A model generated the notes under the pieces. That model saw only the letters and a list, made by a program, of their open reading frames with translations, did not search any database and was not told the DNA's origin. Positions 9,301-19,086 of a DNA stretch of 64,000 bases are shown one piece after another. The position numbers and the translations under genes were made by a program. The stretch lies in contig CAVQKE010000001.1 in the NCBI GenBank assembly GCA_963713045.1, positions 224,001 to 288,000 on the forward strand. Direction: 5' to 3'. The first letter of the stretch is position 1; the number at the start of each line of letters is the position of its first letter. This DNA is from an uncultured delta proteobacterium (lineage in GTDB: Bacteria; Myxococcota; Myxococcia; Myxococcales; Myxococcaceae).

Positions 9301-10766
9301 GGCGTTTCCGGGCTCAGCGCGCGCAGTCGGTCGATGAGCATGGCGTGAAAGCCGCCGAAGCTGCCGTTGGACATGACCAGGACGACGTCGCCGGGACGGA
9401 CGCCTTTGGCCACCTGCTCGACGAGAGCAGCCACTTCATGCTCGGCGTCCGCCTCGATGCCGCGGGCCCGAAGCTCCGCGACCAGACGGGGGACATCCAG
9501 CTCCTCGCCTTCCGGAACCCGGTCATGCCGAGCGGGAATTCGAAGGCTGACTCGGGCCGCACCCTGAAAGGCGGTCGCATACGCCTCCTGGTGTAGCCGC
9601 CGCCGCGAAGTGTTGCTGCGCGGCTCGAAAACAGCCCACAGTCGCCGGCGGGGAAAGCGTCCCAGCATCGCCTGAACGGTTTCACGCACCGCGGTCGGGT
9701 GATGGGCGAAGTCATCAACGACGGCGACGCCGCCGACTTCGGCTCGAAGCTCTTGGCGACGCCGTACGCCAGCGAAACTGGCGAAGCCAGCCTGCGCCTG
9801 CGCCCAGGCCACACCAAGTGCCGAGGCAACCGCCCACGCGCCAACCGCATTCTCCACGTTGTGGAGGCCGGGCACCGTCAGCTCGACTTGCCCCAACCGT
9901 GTTCCGGCTTGGACCAAGGTAAACCGGGTGCCGAGTGGTCCTTGCTCCACCTTCTCCGCCCAGACGTCGGCGCGGATTCCCGGAGCACGTGCGTACAGCG
10001 CACAGCGGCAGCGCGCGGCCCGAAGGACCTCGAGCGCCCGAGGCCAGTGGGCGCTGACGGCGAGGAAGCCGTCCGGAGGGAGCAGCCGGACAAAGGCCTC
10101 GAAGGCCGACTGGTAGTGGTCCTCGTCCCGGTAAATGTCTGCGTGGTCCAACTCCAGGCTGGTCAGCATCGCCGTGCGGGGCCGGTAGTGGAGGAATTTC
10201 GGTCCTTTGTCGAAGTAAGCCGTGTCGTACTCATCGCCTTCGACGACGACGTGCGGGCCACTCCCAATCCGGAAGCTGACGCCACCATTTTGTGCCACTC
10301 CTCCAACGAGAAAGGAGGGTTCGAGGCCGGCGGAGACCAGCAGGTGAGCCACCATTGCCGAGGTGGTGGTTTTCCCGTGGGTTCCTGTGACCACCACCGG
10401 GTGTCGGCCGGCGAGAAAGAGCGAGCCGAATGCGGCCGGGAAGCTCATCTGGGCCAGCCCTCGTTCGCGGACCGCCGCTGCCTCTGGGTTGACGCGGCGG
10501 ATGACGTTGCCCACCACCACCAAGTCGGGTCTTGCCGTGTCGAGGTTTTCCGGGCGATAGGGGGTGAGCACCTCAATCCCCCAGGCGCGCAGCATCTCGC
10601 TCATGGGTGGATACACATCCGCGTCACTGCCGCTGACGGAGTAGCCCTGCGCCTTCAGCATTCCCGCGAAGCTACCCATCCCACTACCGGCGACGCCGAG
10701 GAGATGGACTCGGCGGATGGAGGCCGGAGCGACTTCCCGCAGGACATTGCCGTCGTCAGCACTCAC
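9297..10766 (-). CDS. mpl: UDP-N-acetylmuramate:L-alanyl-gamma-D-glutamyl-meso-diaminopimelate ligase
   Basis: GVAGSGMGSFA, DVYPPMS, GTHGKTTTS, EGDEYDTAYFDKGPKFLHY, DDFAHHPTA, FEPRSNT, MSNGSFGG. Confidence 0.93.
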   Translation of the reverse strand: MSADDGNVLREVAPASIRRVHLLGVAGSGMGSFAGMLKAQGYSVSGSDADVYPPMSEMLRAWGIEVLTPYRPENLDTARPDLVVVGNVIRRVNPEAAAVRERGLAQMSFPAAFGSLFLAGRHPVVVTGTHGKTTTSAMVAHLLVSAGLEPSFLVGGVAQNGGVSFRIGSGPHVVVEGDEYDTAYFDKGPKFLHYRPRTAMLTSLELDHADIYRDEDHYQSAFEAFVRLLPPDGFLAVSAHWPRALEVLRAARCRCALYARAPGIRADVWAEKVEQGPLGTRFTLVQAGTRLGQVELTVPGLHNVENAVGAWAVASALGVAWAQAQAGFASFAGVRRRQELRAEVGGVAVVDDFAHHPTAVRETVQAMLGRFPRRRLWAVFEPRSNTSRRRLHQEAYATAFQGAARVSLRIPARHDRVPEGEELDVPRLVAELRARGIEADAEHEVAALVEQVAKGVRPGDVVLVMSNGSFGGFHAMLIDRLRALSPETP

Positions 10767-10777
10767 CGAGGCCCTGT

Positions 10778-11935
10778 TTATTCGAGGCCGAGCGCCACCA
10801 CCACCCGGTCATGAAAGCGAGGGCGAAACGCTTGGATGCCTACATTGTCGCGGCCGGTCGCGGTGCGGTTGGTGACCAGGGCCACCACCAAGTCACGCCC
10901 CCGGTCTACCCACAAGCTTGTCCCGGTGAAGCCCAAGTGTCCAAAAGCGCCAGGCGGGCTGTTGCCGAGGTGCGTGCCGGCCGACGAGGCGTACGGCGAA
11001 GGCGTGTCGAAACCGAGCCCGTGCATGCCCCCCGGAAGGGGCGAAACCGCACGCTCCCACAGACGCGCCGGTGCAATTCGGCCAGCCCCGGAGAGTTCAT
11101 CCAGCACCGCTTGGCCGAAGCGCGCGACATCCTCCGCATTGCCGAAGAGGCCCGCATGTCCGGCCACACCGTCGAGAATCCATGCGTTGTCGTCGTCCAC
11201 TTCTCCGGGCCTTGACGGCAGAGGCTCGATTCCCGCCCAGTCGTACCCTTGGCCCGGAGCCGGCGGACGGGGCCGTACCTGTCCGGTGGCGGGGAGGCCG
11301 TCCCAGTTGCCGGCGCAGGGGTCGCGGTTGTCGTGTCCACGTCCCGAAAGGCGGTGGAAGTGTGCGCCCAACCCAAGGGCCTCACGCACCCTCGTGTCGT
11401 ACAGGGCGTCGAGTGGCTTACCAGCAAGGCCTGCGAGCATCTCTCCGAGCAGGAGGAAGCCGAGGTCACCGTAGGTCTGCGCGCCCTCCGGTTGAGAGAC
11501 GAGTGGAGTCCGAGCGCTGGCCTCAACCAGTTGCGCGCGGACAGCAAACCGCGTCGCGGTGGGGCAGTCCGGCGAGAGAAGGTCCGGCAGGCGCTGGATG
11601 GGCTCCGAGAAAAGCGGCAGCCAGGTGGGGAGGCCGGAGGTGTGAGTCAAAAGCTGCCCCAACGTGACTCCCGCTTCTGCGGCCGGCGTCCCCGGATGAA
11701 AGCGGGAGACTGGCGTCTCCGGGTTGAGGGAACCGTCCGTCCACGCGCGCAAGAAAAGTGGAACCGTGCAGATGGCCTTGGTGAGACTGGCTAAGTCAAA
11801 AGGCGTGTGCCGCGAGACGCCGCCGGCCACACCGCGGAAGACTGGCTCCCCTTTGCGCCAGACGGAGGCCTGAGCCGACGGAAAGCTACCGTCGCTGACG
11901 CCAGCGTCGAGTAACGCTTGAAGAGAGTCACTCAC
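10778..11935 (-). CDS. serine hydrolase, beta-lactamase family
   Basis: FDLASLTK (SxxK), LLTHTSGL, GEVDDDNA, AGHAGLF, GHLGFTGTSLW; GTG start overlaps the upstream stop. Confidence 0.88.
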   Translation of the reverse strand: MSDSLQALLDAGVSDGSFPSAQASVWRKGEPVFRGVAGGVSRHTPFDLASLTKAICTVPLFLRAWTDGSLNPETPVSRFHPGTPAAEAGVTLGQLLTHTSGLPTWLPLFSEPIQRLPDLLSPDCPTATRFAVRAQLVEASARTPLVSQPEGAQTYGDLGFLLLGEMLAGLAGKPLDALYDTRVREALGLGAHFHRLSGRGHDNRDPCAGNWDGLPATGQVRPRPPAPGQGYDWAGIEPLPSRPGEVDDDNAWILDGVAGHAGLFGNAEDVARFGQAVLDELSGAGRIAPARLWERAVSPLPGGMHGLGFDTPSPYASSAGTHLGNSPPGAFGHLGFTGTSLWVDRGRDLVVALVTNRTATGRDNVGIQAFRPRFHDRVVVALGLE

Positions 11936-12819
11936 TGGGTTGCCGCCTCCAGCGGCGTCAGGGTCCCTGCTCCGGCGTCGAGGCGCACGCGCGTCCCCAG
12001 CGAGAGAGGCACATTCACCGGACCGTGACCCACCGGGAAACCCACCGCGCACGGAAGCCGGGTCTCCTCGGCCAACGAGCGCAGCACATCGCGAGCGGTG
12101 AAGTCCGCACCGGGACGCTCGCACTGCGTGAAATCGCCAAGCGCGAGGCCCGCCAGCCCGGCCAGAAGTCCTGCGTTCCGCAGATGGGTCCAGAGACGAT
12201 CGACCCGGTACGGTTGCTCGCCGTCGTCCTCGAGCAGGAGAATGGCGCCGCGCGTGTCCGGCAGCCAACTGGTGCCCAAGACTGTTGTCAGCACAGAGAG
12301 GTTTCCACCCAGCAGCGGTCCCTCCGCAATGCCCTCGACGAGCGGCACCGCGCCGCTCAGTGGAGGAGGCATCCCACCCTCCAGGAGGAGGAAGAGCAGG
12401 TCCAGCACCTGCTGGGGCTGTTCCGCGAGTTGGGTGACCACTGGCCCGTGAATGCTCGTCCGGCCATGGGCCTGCAGGGCGGCGTGCAAGACCGTGGCAT
12501 CCGAACAGCCGACCAGCAGCTTGGGGGGGAAGCCGGCCAGGTCCAGCAATGGAAGTAGTCGTCCGGCCCCGCTACCCCCACGGGAGCAGAAGACTGCGCG
12601 CGTGTTTGGGTCAGCCAGGGCCGCTTGGAGCGCCACTGCGCGCACCGCGTCCGGTCCAGCGAGGTAGCGCTCAGCCTCGAGAACGTGCGCGTCCAGGGTA
12701 AGCCGGTAGCGCTCGGCGAGGCGCCCCAGGCCTCGCTCCAGAAGGGCGCGGTCGACCGGACTCGACGGGCTGACGACGGCGACGCGGTCTCCAGGCCGGA
12801 GCGGCGGGGGGCGAAGCAT
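11932..12819 (-). CDS. ldcA: LD-carboxypeptidase (S66)
   Basis: PLRPGDRVAVVSPS, SRGGSG, VGCSDAT, GGNLS, LLLED, PVGHG. Confidence 0.9.
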   Translation of the reverse strand: MLRPPPLRPGDRVAVVSPSSPVDRALLERGLGRLAERYRLTLDAHVLEAERYLAGPDAVRAVALQAALADPNTRAVFCSRGGSGAGRLLPLLDLAGFPPKLLVGCSDATVLHAALQAHGRTSIHGPVVTQLAEQPQQVLDLLFLLLEGGMPPPLSGAVPLVEGIAEGPLLGGNLSVLTTVLGTSWLPDTRGAILLLEDDGEQPYRVDRLWTHLRNAGLLAGLAGLALGDFTQCERPGADFTARDVLRSLAEETRLPCAVGFPVGHGPVNVPLSLGTRVRLDAGAGTLTPLEAATQ

Positions 12820-12976
12820 CCAACCCGAGGCTAGCACCGGTAGGGCAGCCGACCATGGAACGGCCGGCGTTTCGCCACCGGCTGCCGGCGTTACCGGATG
12901 GGACTGAATTCCATTTTACAAGCCTCAGCGGTGCAAGCCGCGGGAGGCGCTACCCCTGGGTGAGAAACGACAGACC

Positions 12977-13900
12977 TCACTTCTGTGCATGAGCCTTTGG
13001 GTGAGCCCAGAGAAAGTCGAGCACCGCATCCGGCCAGGCCGGCAGAGCGAAGTTGGGTATGTGAGTTGCCCCGTCCAACCTCCAGTGCTCGACACTGACG
13101 CCAGGCGGGCAGCCCAGGTAAGCGGAGACCGTGGTGTCCTCCGCAGTCGCTCCGCATGTCAGCTGTCGTGCCTTTGCAGAGGTACGCTGTCCGGTGCAAC
13201 CGTCCGCCTTGGCCCAGAACGCAAGCGTCTCGTCGGCCGAGGCATAGGGGCCGAGAAGGCCGACGGCGCCCCCCTCGTAACGAATGAGAGGGTCCGCGGT
13301 GCCATGGACGGTGAGGACGGATACCGGTTGCGTGGGGTGACAGGCGTCCAGAGCCACCGCCCCGGCGAGACTGACGATGGCCGCAATGCGGTCGCTGCGC
13401 TGACACGCCAGCCGGTTGGCCATGAAGGCCCCGTTGGAGTGCCCCACCACGAAGAGACGCCTGTCGTCTGCTTCGAAGGCTTTGGCGACGTCTTGCAGCA
13501 CCGCCGTCAGGTAGGCCACGTCGTTCGGACTCTCCGGGGAAGGGTGAGAGCCGTTGGCCCAGTACAAGGCGCCCCGCGCGTCGGGAGTTCCGTTCGGCTT
13601 CACGAGGATGAAGTTGCGGCGGTCAACGGCGGAGTCCAAGTCGAAATAACGCGCCTGTGATTCGCCATCGCTCGAGTACCCGTGCAGCAGCAGCACCACC
13701 GGGAGTCCGGGCTTGGGCCGGCCAGGCGCGTGTACGCAGTACGTCCGGCCGAGGACCGTGCGCTGCTCGCCGAGGCATGCAGGGTTATCGCCACGCAGAA
13801 TCCCGTTGAAAGCGCAGGGGCGCGCGGGCGCCTGGGCGTCGAGCGCCTCCGCCCAAAGCGTCAAACTGAAGAAGACCAACCAGCTGCCAGGGAGCCTCAT
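12977..13900 (-). CDS. secreted PHB depolymerase/LpqP-type esterase
   Basis: Signal peptide, VLLLHGY, GHSNGAFMA nucleophile elbow, VHGTAD. Confidence 0.82.
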   Translation of the reverse strand: MRLPGSWLVFFSLTLWAEALDAQAPARPCAFNGILRGDNPACLGEQRTVLGRTYCVHAPGRPKPGLPVVLLLHGYSSDGESQARYFDLDSAVDRRNFILVKPNGTPDARGALYWANGSHPSPESPNDVAYLTAVLQDVAKAFEADDRRLFVVGHSNGAFMANRLACQRSDRIAAIVSLAGAVALDACHPTQPVSVLTVHGTADPLIRYEGGAVGLLGPYASADETLAFWAKADGCTGQRTSAKARQLTCGATAEDTTVSAYLGCPPGVSVEHWRLDGATHIPNFALPAWPDAVLDFLWAHPKAHAQK

Positions 13901-13926
13901 CCCTCTCCTCCGTTCCGCGTCCGAGG

Positions 13927-15258
13927 ATGCTAGATGGGCTGACGGCCATGGAATTGCTGCCTCACCTCGACGCGGGTTCGGGGAATCCACTGCTGCTGTT
14001 GCATGGCTTCGGGATGGACGCTCGCACCTGGGCAGGTCAAGCCCGTGCGCTCCAGCACTGCTGCCGCGTTCTTGTCCCAGACCTGCCCGGCTTTGGTCCG
14101 ACGGGTGCCGAGGTTGGCCAAGCGTCTCCGAGTGAAGAGCTTTTTCGGCTCCTCGAAGCCAAGGGGGTCGGCCCGGTGCACCTGGTGGGCTTGTCGCTGG
14201 GCGGCGCGGTCGCGGTGGACTTCGCGCTTTCACACCCAGAGGCAATTCGGTCGCTGGTCCTCATCGACCCGCTGTTGCTGGGAGAACGCCTAGGGATTGA
14301 GTCCTGGGACAGCTGCGTCGAGAAAGCGAAACGGGGGGACGTTCCCGGCGCGCGTCAGGCGTGGCTGAGGAGCGAGCCGTTTGCGCGCGTCTTCGCCAAT
14401 CCCGAGACTCGGACCATCGCCCGCCAAATGGTAGAGGACTACAAAGGAGGCCACTGGCGGGGGACCTTCAAAATGGTGTGGCGACAACCGACGCCGCGAC
14501 CCTTGCTCAGCAGCGTTCAATGTCCGGCTTTGGTCGTGGTGGGCGAGCAGGACCTTCCCAGCTTCCAGGCCATGGCGAGAATCTACGCCGCCAATCTCCC
14601 TGGGGCGCGACTCGAGATGCTTGCCGGATTGGGCCACCTCACTCCGCTGGAAGCACCCGAGCGCGTGAACCGGTTGCTCCTCGACTTTTTGAAGGCAGAA
14701 GGCGCTTGTGCCGCACCGCTCCCAAGCTCTCCGCGACTCACCTTCCGGACGTGGACGCCACAAGACGGAGGGCTCGCACTGAAGGTTTGGGGAGACGCCC
14801 GCGTCACGTCATTTGTGCTGGCCCAGCCCTTCAACCAAGCCCAAGTGCAGGAACGCCTCCGACAGGAGATTGAGCGGCAGACAAGACACGGGATGCAGTA
14901 CAGCCCAATGTTTCTTCGGACCACGGGGGAATTGGTGGGCTGCTGCGGTCTGCGCCCGCGCCCTTCCACCGCCGGCGTTCTCGAGCTCGGGTTTCTGTTG
15001 CGCCCAGGGTGTTGGGGACAGGGCCTAGCCACCGAGGCCGCCCAAGCCACCGCGGCGCACGCGTTCGATGTGCTCGGTGCTGCCGCACTCTTCGCCGGTC
15101 ACCACCCAGAGAACACCGGCTCGCGCCACGTCCTCCTCAAGCTCGGCTTTCGACAGACGCACCTCGAGCAATACCCGGGCACAGGCCTCGAGCATCCATC
15201 CTACCTCTTGAGCAAGAGCGACTTTCGACGGCCCATGCCCTCACCCGAGACCGTCTAG
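13927..15258 (+). CDS. alpha/beta hydrolase fused to a RimJ/RimL GNAT acetyltransferase
   Basis: LLHGFG, GLSLGG and GHL..LEAP, then RLTFRTW, GCCGL, WGQGLATEAA and HPENTGS in the same frame. Confidence 0.82.
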   Translation: MLDGLTAMELLPHLDAGSGNPLLLLHGFGMDARTWAGQARALQHCCRVLVPDLPGFGPTGAEVGQASPSEELFRLLEAKGVGPVHLVGLSLGGAVAVDFALSHPEAIRSLVLIDPLLLGERLGIESWDSCVEKAKRGDVPGARQAWLRSEPFARVFANPETRTIARQMVEDYKGGHWRGTFKMVWRQPTPRPLLSSVQCPALVVVGEQDLPSFQAMARIYAANLPGARLEMLAGLGHLTPLEAPERVNRLLLDFLKAEGACAAPLPSSPRLTFRTWTPQDGGLALKVWGDARVTSFVLAQPFNQAQVQERLRQEIERQTRHGMQYSPMFLRTTGELVGCCGLRPRPSTAGVLELGFLLRPGCWGQGLATEAAQATAAHAFDVLGAAALFAGHHPENTGSRHVLLKLGFRQTHLEQYPGTGLEHPSYLLSKSDFRRPMPSPETV

Positions 15259-15353
15259 CTCTGGCTGCACATCCAACGAGAGCGGTTTGGTTCGGGCAGC
15301 TGGAAGGCCATCCCGGCTCGGACTCCGGAGTCGTCCCTCTGCAGGCCAAGCCG

Positions 15354-15382
15354 TTGACATGGGCGAAGTCGGACCCTAAACA
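15354..15382 (+). promoter_or_regulatory. putative sigma70 promoter of tRNA-Asn
   Basis: TTGACA-N17-TAAACA ending 11 nt before the tRNA. Confidence 0.55.
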
Positions 15383-15393
15383 CCGCCCTCCAT

Positions 15394-15466
15394 TCCCCGA
15401 TAGCTCAGCTGGTAGAGCGGGTGACTGTTAATCACCATGTCCCAGGTTCGAGTCCTGGTCGGGGAG
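15394..15466 (+). tRNA. tRNA-Asn (GTT), CCA not encoded
   Basis: Acceptor stem TCCCCGA/TCGGGGA, D arm TAGCTCAGCTGGTAGAGC, anticodon arm GGTGA-CTGTTAA-TCACC, T arm CCAGG-TTCGAGT-CCTGG. Confidence 0.97.
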
Positions 15467-15471
15467 CTTAG

Positions 15472-15648
15472 CGCATCGTCTATGTGGACGGGTTCAACCT
15501 CCATTACGGCGCGGTCAAAGACACACCCGGCCTGAAGCGGCTGAGCATCCTTGGTCTTAGCCGGCACTTGCTCGCTGAGCACGACATCATCGGAATCACG
15601 TACTTCTCGCCGGGGAAGCTCTCGGCCGGCTGGCTTCCGCTCGCGTAA
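15472..15648 (+). pseudogene. N-terminal fragment of a NYN-domain protein
   Basis: RIVYVDGFNLHYGAVKDTPGLKRLSILGLSRHLL...ITYFS; no start codon and an early stop. Confidence 0.7.
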
Positions 15649-15754
15649 GGGGCCGTCCGGAAGACCCAGCGCTCGGCGCGCCATGGGGTTCCTTCGCGGT
15701 AACCTCGGCACTATCGCTAGAGCCGTAGGCCTCAATTCGTTTGGCAAGGGCACG

Positions 15755-16630
15755 ATGTCAGCGAACAAGCCACGCCTCCTCGTCACCGGAGCAAGCGGTC
15801 AGCTCGGCCACCTCGTCATCGAACACCTGCGCCGCCTGGACCCCTCTGCCGACATCACGGCAATGGTCCGCACACCACAAGCAGCGGACGAACTGGCGCC
15901 GTTTCGCATCGCGACGCGCATCGGCGATTATACTAATCCCGCGTCGCTCGATGCGGCCCTGGCCAGCATCGAACGGCTACTGCTGATCTCATCGAGCGTC
16001 CTCGGTCAGCGCGCTGCGCACCATAAGAACGTCATCGATGCGGCAACGCGGGCCAAAGTGTCGCTCATCGCTTACACGAGCATCTTGCGGGCTGACAGGT
16101 CGGAGCTGAGCCTCGCTGTCGAACACCTGGCAACCGAGAGGATGTTTCGCGAGAGCGGACTGCCGTTCGTCATACTGCGCAACGGCTGGTACCTGGAGAA
16201 CGATACCGCGATGCTTACGCCTGAGGTAGCGCACGGCGCGATCATCGGCGGCGCGGGCGACGGACGTCTTTCCTCGGCGAGCCGATCGAATTATGCGGAG
16301 GCGGCAGCATTGGTCCTGCTGCGCGGGGCACCCGCCGGTACCGTCTACGAACTCGCCGGCGACGAGGCGTTCACGCTGACGCAGCTCGCGGCGGCGGTGA
16401 GCCAAAGAACCGGAAAGACGGTTGCTTATCGGAATATGAGCGAGGCAGATTTCCGCGCGGCGCTTGTCGGCATGGGTCTCCCGGACGCAGTGGCGACAAT
16501 GCTCGCGGACACTAGCGCTGGCACGGCGAAGGGCGCGCTCGAGGACCACGGTCAGGTACTGAGCCGCCTCATCGGCCATTCAACGACCTCGCTTGCCGAT
16601 GCCGTAGCCGCTGTGGTGCAAAGTGGTTAA
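15755..16630 (+). CDS. NAD(P)H-binding quinone oxidoreductase (QOR2/YtfG-like, NmrA family)
   Basis: LVTGASGQLG, LLLISSS, HKNVIDAA, ILRNGWYLEN, YELAGD. Confidence 0.9.
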   Translation: MSANKPRLLVTGASGQLGHLVIEHLRRLDPSADITAMVRTPQAADELAPFRIATRIGDYTNPASLDAALASIERLLLISSSVLGQRAAHHKNVIDAATRAKVSLIAYTSILRADRSELSLAVEHLATERMFRESGLPFVILRNGWYLENDTAMLTPEVAHGAIIGGAGDGRLSSASRSNYAEAAALVLLRGAPAGTVYELAGDEAFTLTQLAAAVSQRTGKTVAYRNMSEADFRAALVGMGLPDAVATMLADTSAGTAKGALEDHGQVLSRLIGHSTTSLADAVAAVVQSG

Positions 16631-17069
16631 CGGGCATGCGTTCCTGCTGTGGCTTCACATCGGCGCGATGATGATTGCGTTCGCGGGGTTGCCGATTGCC
16701 GGAATCATCTTTCGGGTCATCGCGGTGCACGTAGACGAGCAACGGGTGTTTCAGCTGCTGGCCACCGCCTTTAGTCGCATCTTCGCAGCCGGCGGCGTAT
16801 CTGTCGGGGTAGGAGTGGTATCCGGTCTGTTGCTTGCGCGCCCATTCGGATACGCGTCTGGCTGGCTCGTGCTGTCCTATGTGCTTGCAACAATCGCGGC
16901 GCTCATCGGCATTCTGATCGACGAACGATGGTCGCGACGTCTCGCCTCTTCGGACCGCCAACATCTACCGCTCGTCCGCAGTGCATTGTTGCCACGTCTC
17001 GCCGCTCCACTCGGGATCGCCCTTTGGCTCTCCATTCTCTGGCTTATGATTGCCAAGCCGTCCCTATGA
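16623..17069 (+). CDS. four-TM membrane protein (DUF2269-like)
   Basis: LLWLHI N-terminus, four hydrophobic segments, LMIAKP C-terminus. Confidence 0.65.
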   Translation: MVNGHAFLLWLHIGAMMIAFAGLPIAGIIFRVIAVHVDEQRVFQLLATAFSRIFAAGGVSVGVGVVSGLLLARPFGYASGWLVLSYVLATIAALIGILIDERWSRRLASSDRQHLPLVRSALLPRLAAPLGIALWLSILWLMIAKPSL

Positions 17070-17294
17070 ATGCTGCAGCAAAGTCGCCGCTTATCGAATC
17101 GCGGAATCCGAACATAATCGCGATCGATGCCATCGGGACCTCCGGGCCGGAAGCCCGAGCCCCGAGGAGGCGCAGGGCTTCTTCGCAATAGGCAACGTCC
17201 CCGGCGGTGAAGGCTGCGTCCGTAATTTCGAAGCTCACGGCACCGCCTTCGACGTCGAAGTCTCGATGCGGACCATTGGGGCGAGGACAACGCG

Positions 17295-17444
17295 ATGATG
17301 GCCATGACGAATAAGGTGGCCATCGTAATGGGCGGCGCGATGGGCATCGGCGCGGCCATCGCCGAGCGACTGGCCAAGGAGGGCGCCTTTGTCTTCCTGA
17401 CAGGCCGACGCGCGGCTGACGTCGAAGGGACGGCCGTTCAGTGA
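17295..17444 (+). pseudogene. truncated SDR oxidoreductase fragment
   Basis: MTNKVAIVMGGAMGIGAAIAERLAKEGAFVFLTGRR, then a stop after 49 aa. Confidence 0.75.
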
Positions 17445-17506
17445 AACGCCTCGCCTTGCGCGAGTTGGGCAAGCATCGCAGCGATTCTCTTCGCCCGCGC
17501 CCGTGA

Positions 17507-18067
17507 TCAGGAGCGGATTGACCCCCTTGTCAGGATGGCGCTCGCGATAATGTGAAAGAGATAATCGGCCCGCGGCGCGAATGAGGGTTGGCCGACCGCC
17601 CAGCCGAGCGCCGACATCAGGGCAAACAGGTCCTCCCCATCCATATCGGCGCGCGCCGTTCCCTCGGCCTGAGCACGGGCGAGTAGTCGCGCGCCCGCTG
17701 AGTGCAGCGTTGTACTTGAAGCGTAAAGCGCGGAGTCCGGGTCCGCGTGGGCGCTCGCCATCAAGGCGCAAACGCCGCCATAGCTTTGGACGAACGCCAC
17801 CCCTTCGCGAAACCAGCACACGAGCGCTTCGTCCGGTGGCTTCGACGTTTCGAGCTCGGCTGCCTTCTGCGTCAGAGCGTCCGCCTTCGTACGCAGCAAC
17901 TCTTCGAACAAGGCCTCTCGCGTCGGGAAATGACGAAGCAATGTGGCCAACCCGACGTCGGCCCGACGGGCGATATCTCGCATGGACGCATCGGCACCAT
18001 GCCTGGTGACGACGTCACGCGCGACTGCAAGCAGGTGGCTGTGATTTTTCCTGGCGTCGGCTCGCAT
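17507..18067 (-). CDS. TetR/AcrR-family regulator
   Basis: MRADARKNH...IARRADVGLATLLRHFPTREAL; divergent from the SDR gene. Confidence 0.92.
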   Translation of the reverse strand: MRADARKNHSHLLAVARDVVTRHGADASMRDIARRADVGLATLLRHFPTREALFEELLRTKADALTQKAAELETSKPPDEALVCWFREGVAFVQSYGGVCALMASAHADPDSALYASSTTLHSAGARLLARAQAEGTARADMDGEDLFALMSALGWAVGQPSFAPRADYLFHIIASAILTRGSIRS

Positions 18068-18147
18068 CGGTTGCCTTGACAAATGGAGCACTGAACCGTA
18101 TATCCGGGTCAGTGATCCACAAGATACACCCCAAAAGGTGAACAGTC

Positions 18148-18882
18148 ATGGGAAAGCTTGCAGGTAAAGTTGCAGTCATCACGGGTGGATCGAGCGGCAT
18201 GGCGTTGGCGAGCGCCAAGCGGTTCGTTGAAGAAGGCGCCTATGTGTTCATCACCGGCCGGAAACAGGAGGCGCTGGACGAGGCCGTCAAGCTGATTGGC
18301 CGGAACGTGACCGGCGTGCGCGGCGACGCGGCCAATCTCGACGACCTCGACCGCCTGTTCGATACGGTCAAGCGGGTGAAGGGCAAGATCGACATCCTGT
18401 ACGCGAGCGCTGGCACGGGCGAGGCCGTACCACTGGGCGAAATTACCGAGCAGCACTTCGATGCGGCCTTCGGCCTGAATGCGCGCGGCACGCTGTTTAC
18501 GGTTCAGAAGGCGTTGCCGCTGTTCAACGATGGGGGATCGATCTTCATGACCGGGTCAGTTGCTTCGGTGAAGGGTTTTCCTGGTTATGGCGTGTATGCG
18601 GCGAGCAAGGCGGCGTTGCGCTCATTCGCACGCACTTGGCTTAACGAACTGAAGGGCAGGAATATCCGAGTGAACGTGCTGAGCCCGGGGCCGATCGCCA
18701 CCCCGATGCAGGACCAAGTTCTCACCGAGGAGGCGAAGCGGATGTTCGAATCCCTGATCCCGCGGGGAAAGATGGGTCGTCCTGAGGAAATTGCGACGGT
18801 CGCGCTGTTTCTTGCTTCAGACGATTCGAGCTTCGTGAATGGCGTGGAGTTGTCTGTCGACGGCGGCTTCTCGGCCATCTGA
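18148..18882 (+). CDS. SDR oxidoreductase
   Basis: TGGSSGMA, YAASK, IRVNVLSPGP, VDGG. Confidence 0.95.
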   Translation: MGKLAGKVAVITGGSSGMALASAKRFVEEGAYVFITGRKQEALDEAVKLIGRNVTGVRGDAANLDDLDRLFDTVKRVKGKIDILYASAGTGEAVPLGEITEQHFDAAFGLNARGTLFTVQKALPLFNDGGSIFMTGSVASVKGFPGYGVYAASKAALRSFARTWLNELKGRNIRVNVLSPGPIATPMQDQVLTEEAKRMFESLIPRGKMGRPEEIATVALFLASDDSSFVNGVELSVDGGFSAI

Positions 18883-19086
18883 AATCGCGCCGGATCGCGG
18901 GAAGCAGCTAACCGGCGGGAACTAGCGTGTCCATGGTGGAACGACTTCCGCGCTGAACGGTCAGTCCGGCCGCGCGGAAGTCGTTCACGGCGACACGCCT
19001 GCGCGAAGGTCGCCACGTAGCGAAACGGATAACCCAGCGCCGTTGAAGGCCGGGGAATCAATATCAACACGGATCGGAGAAGCGTT

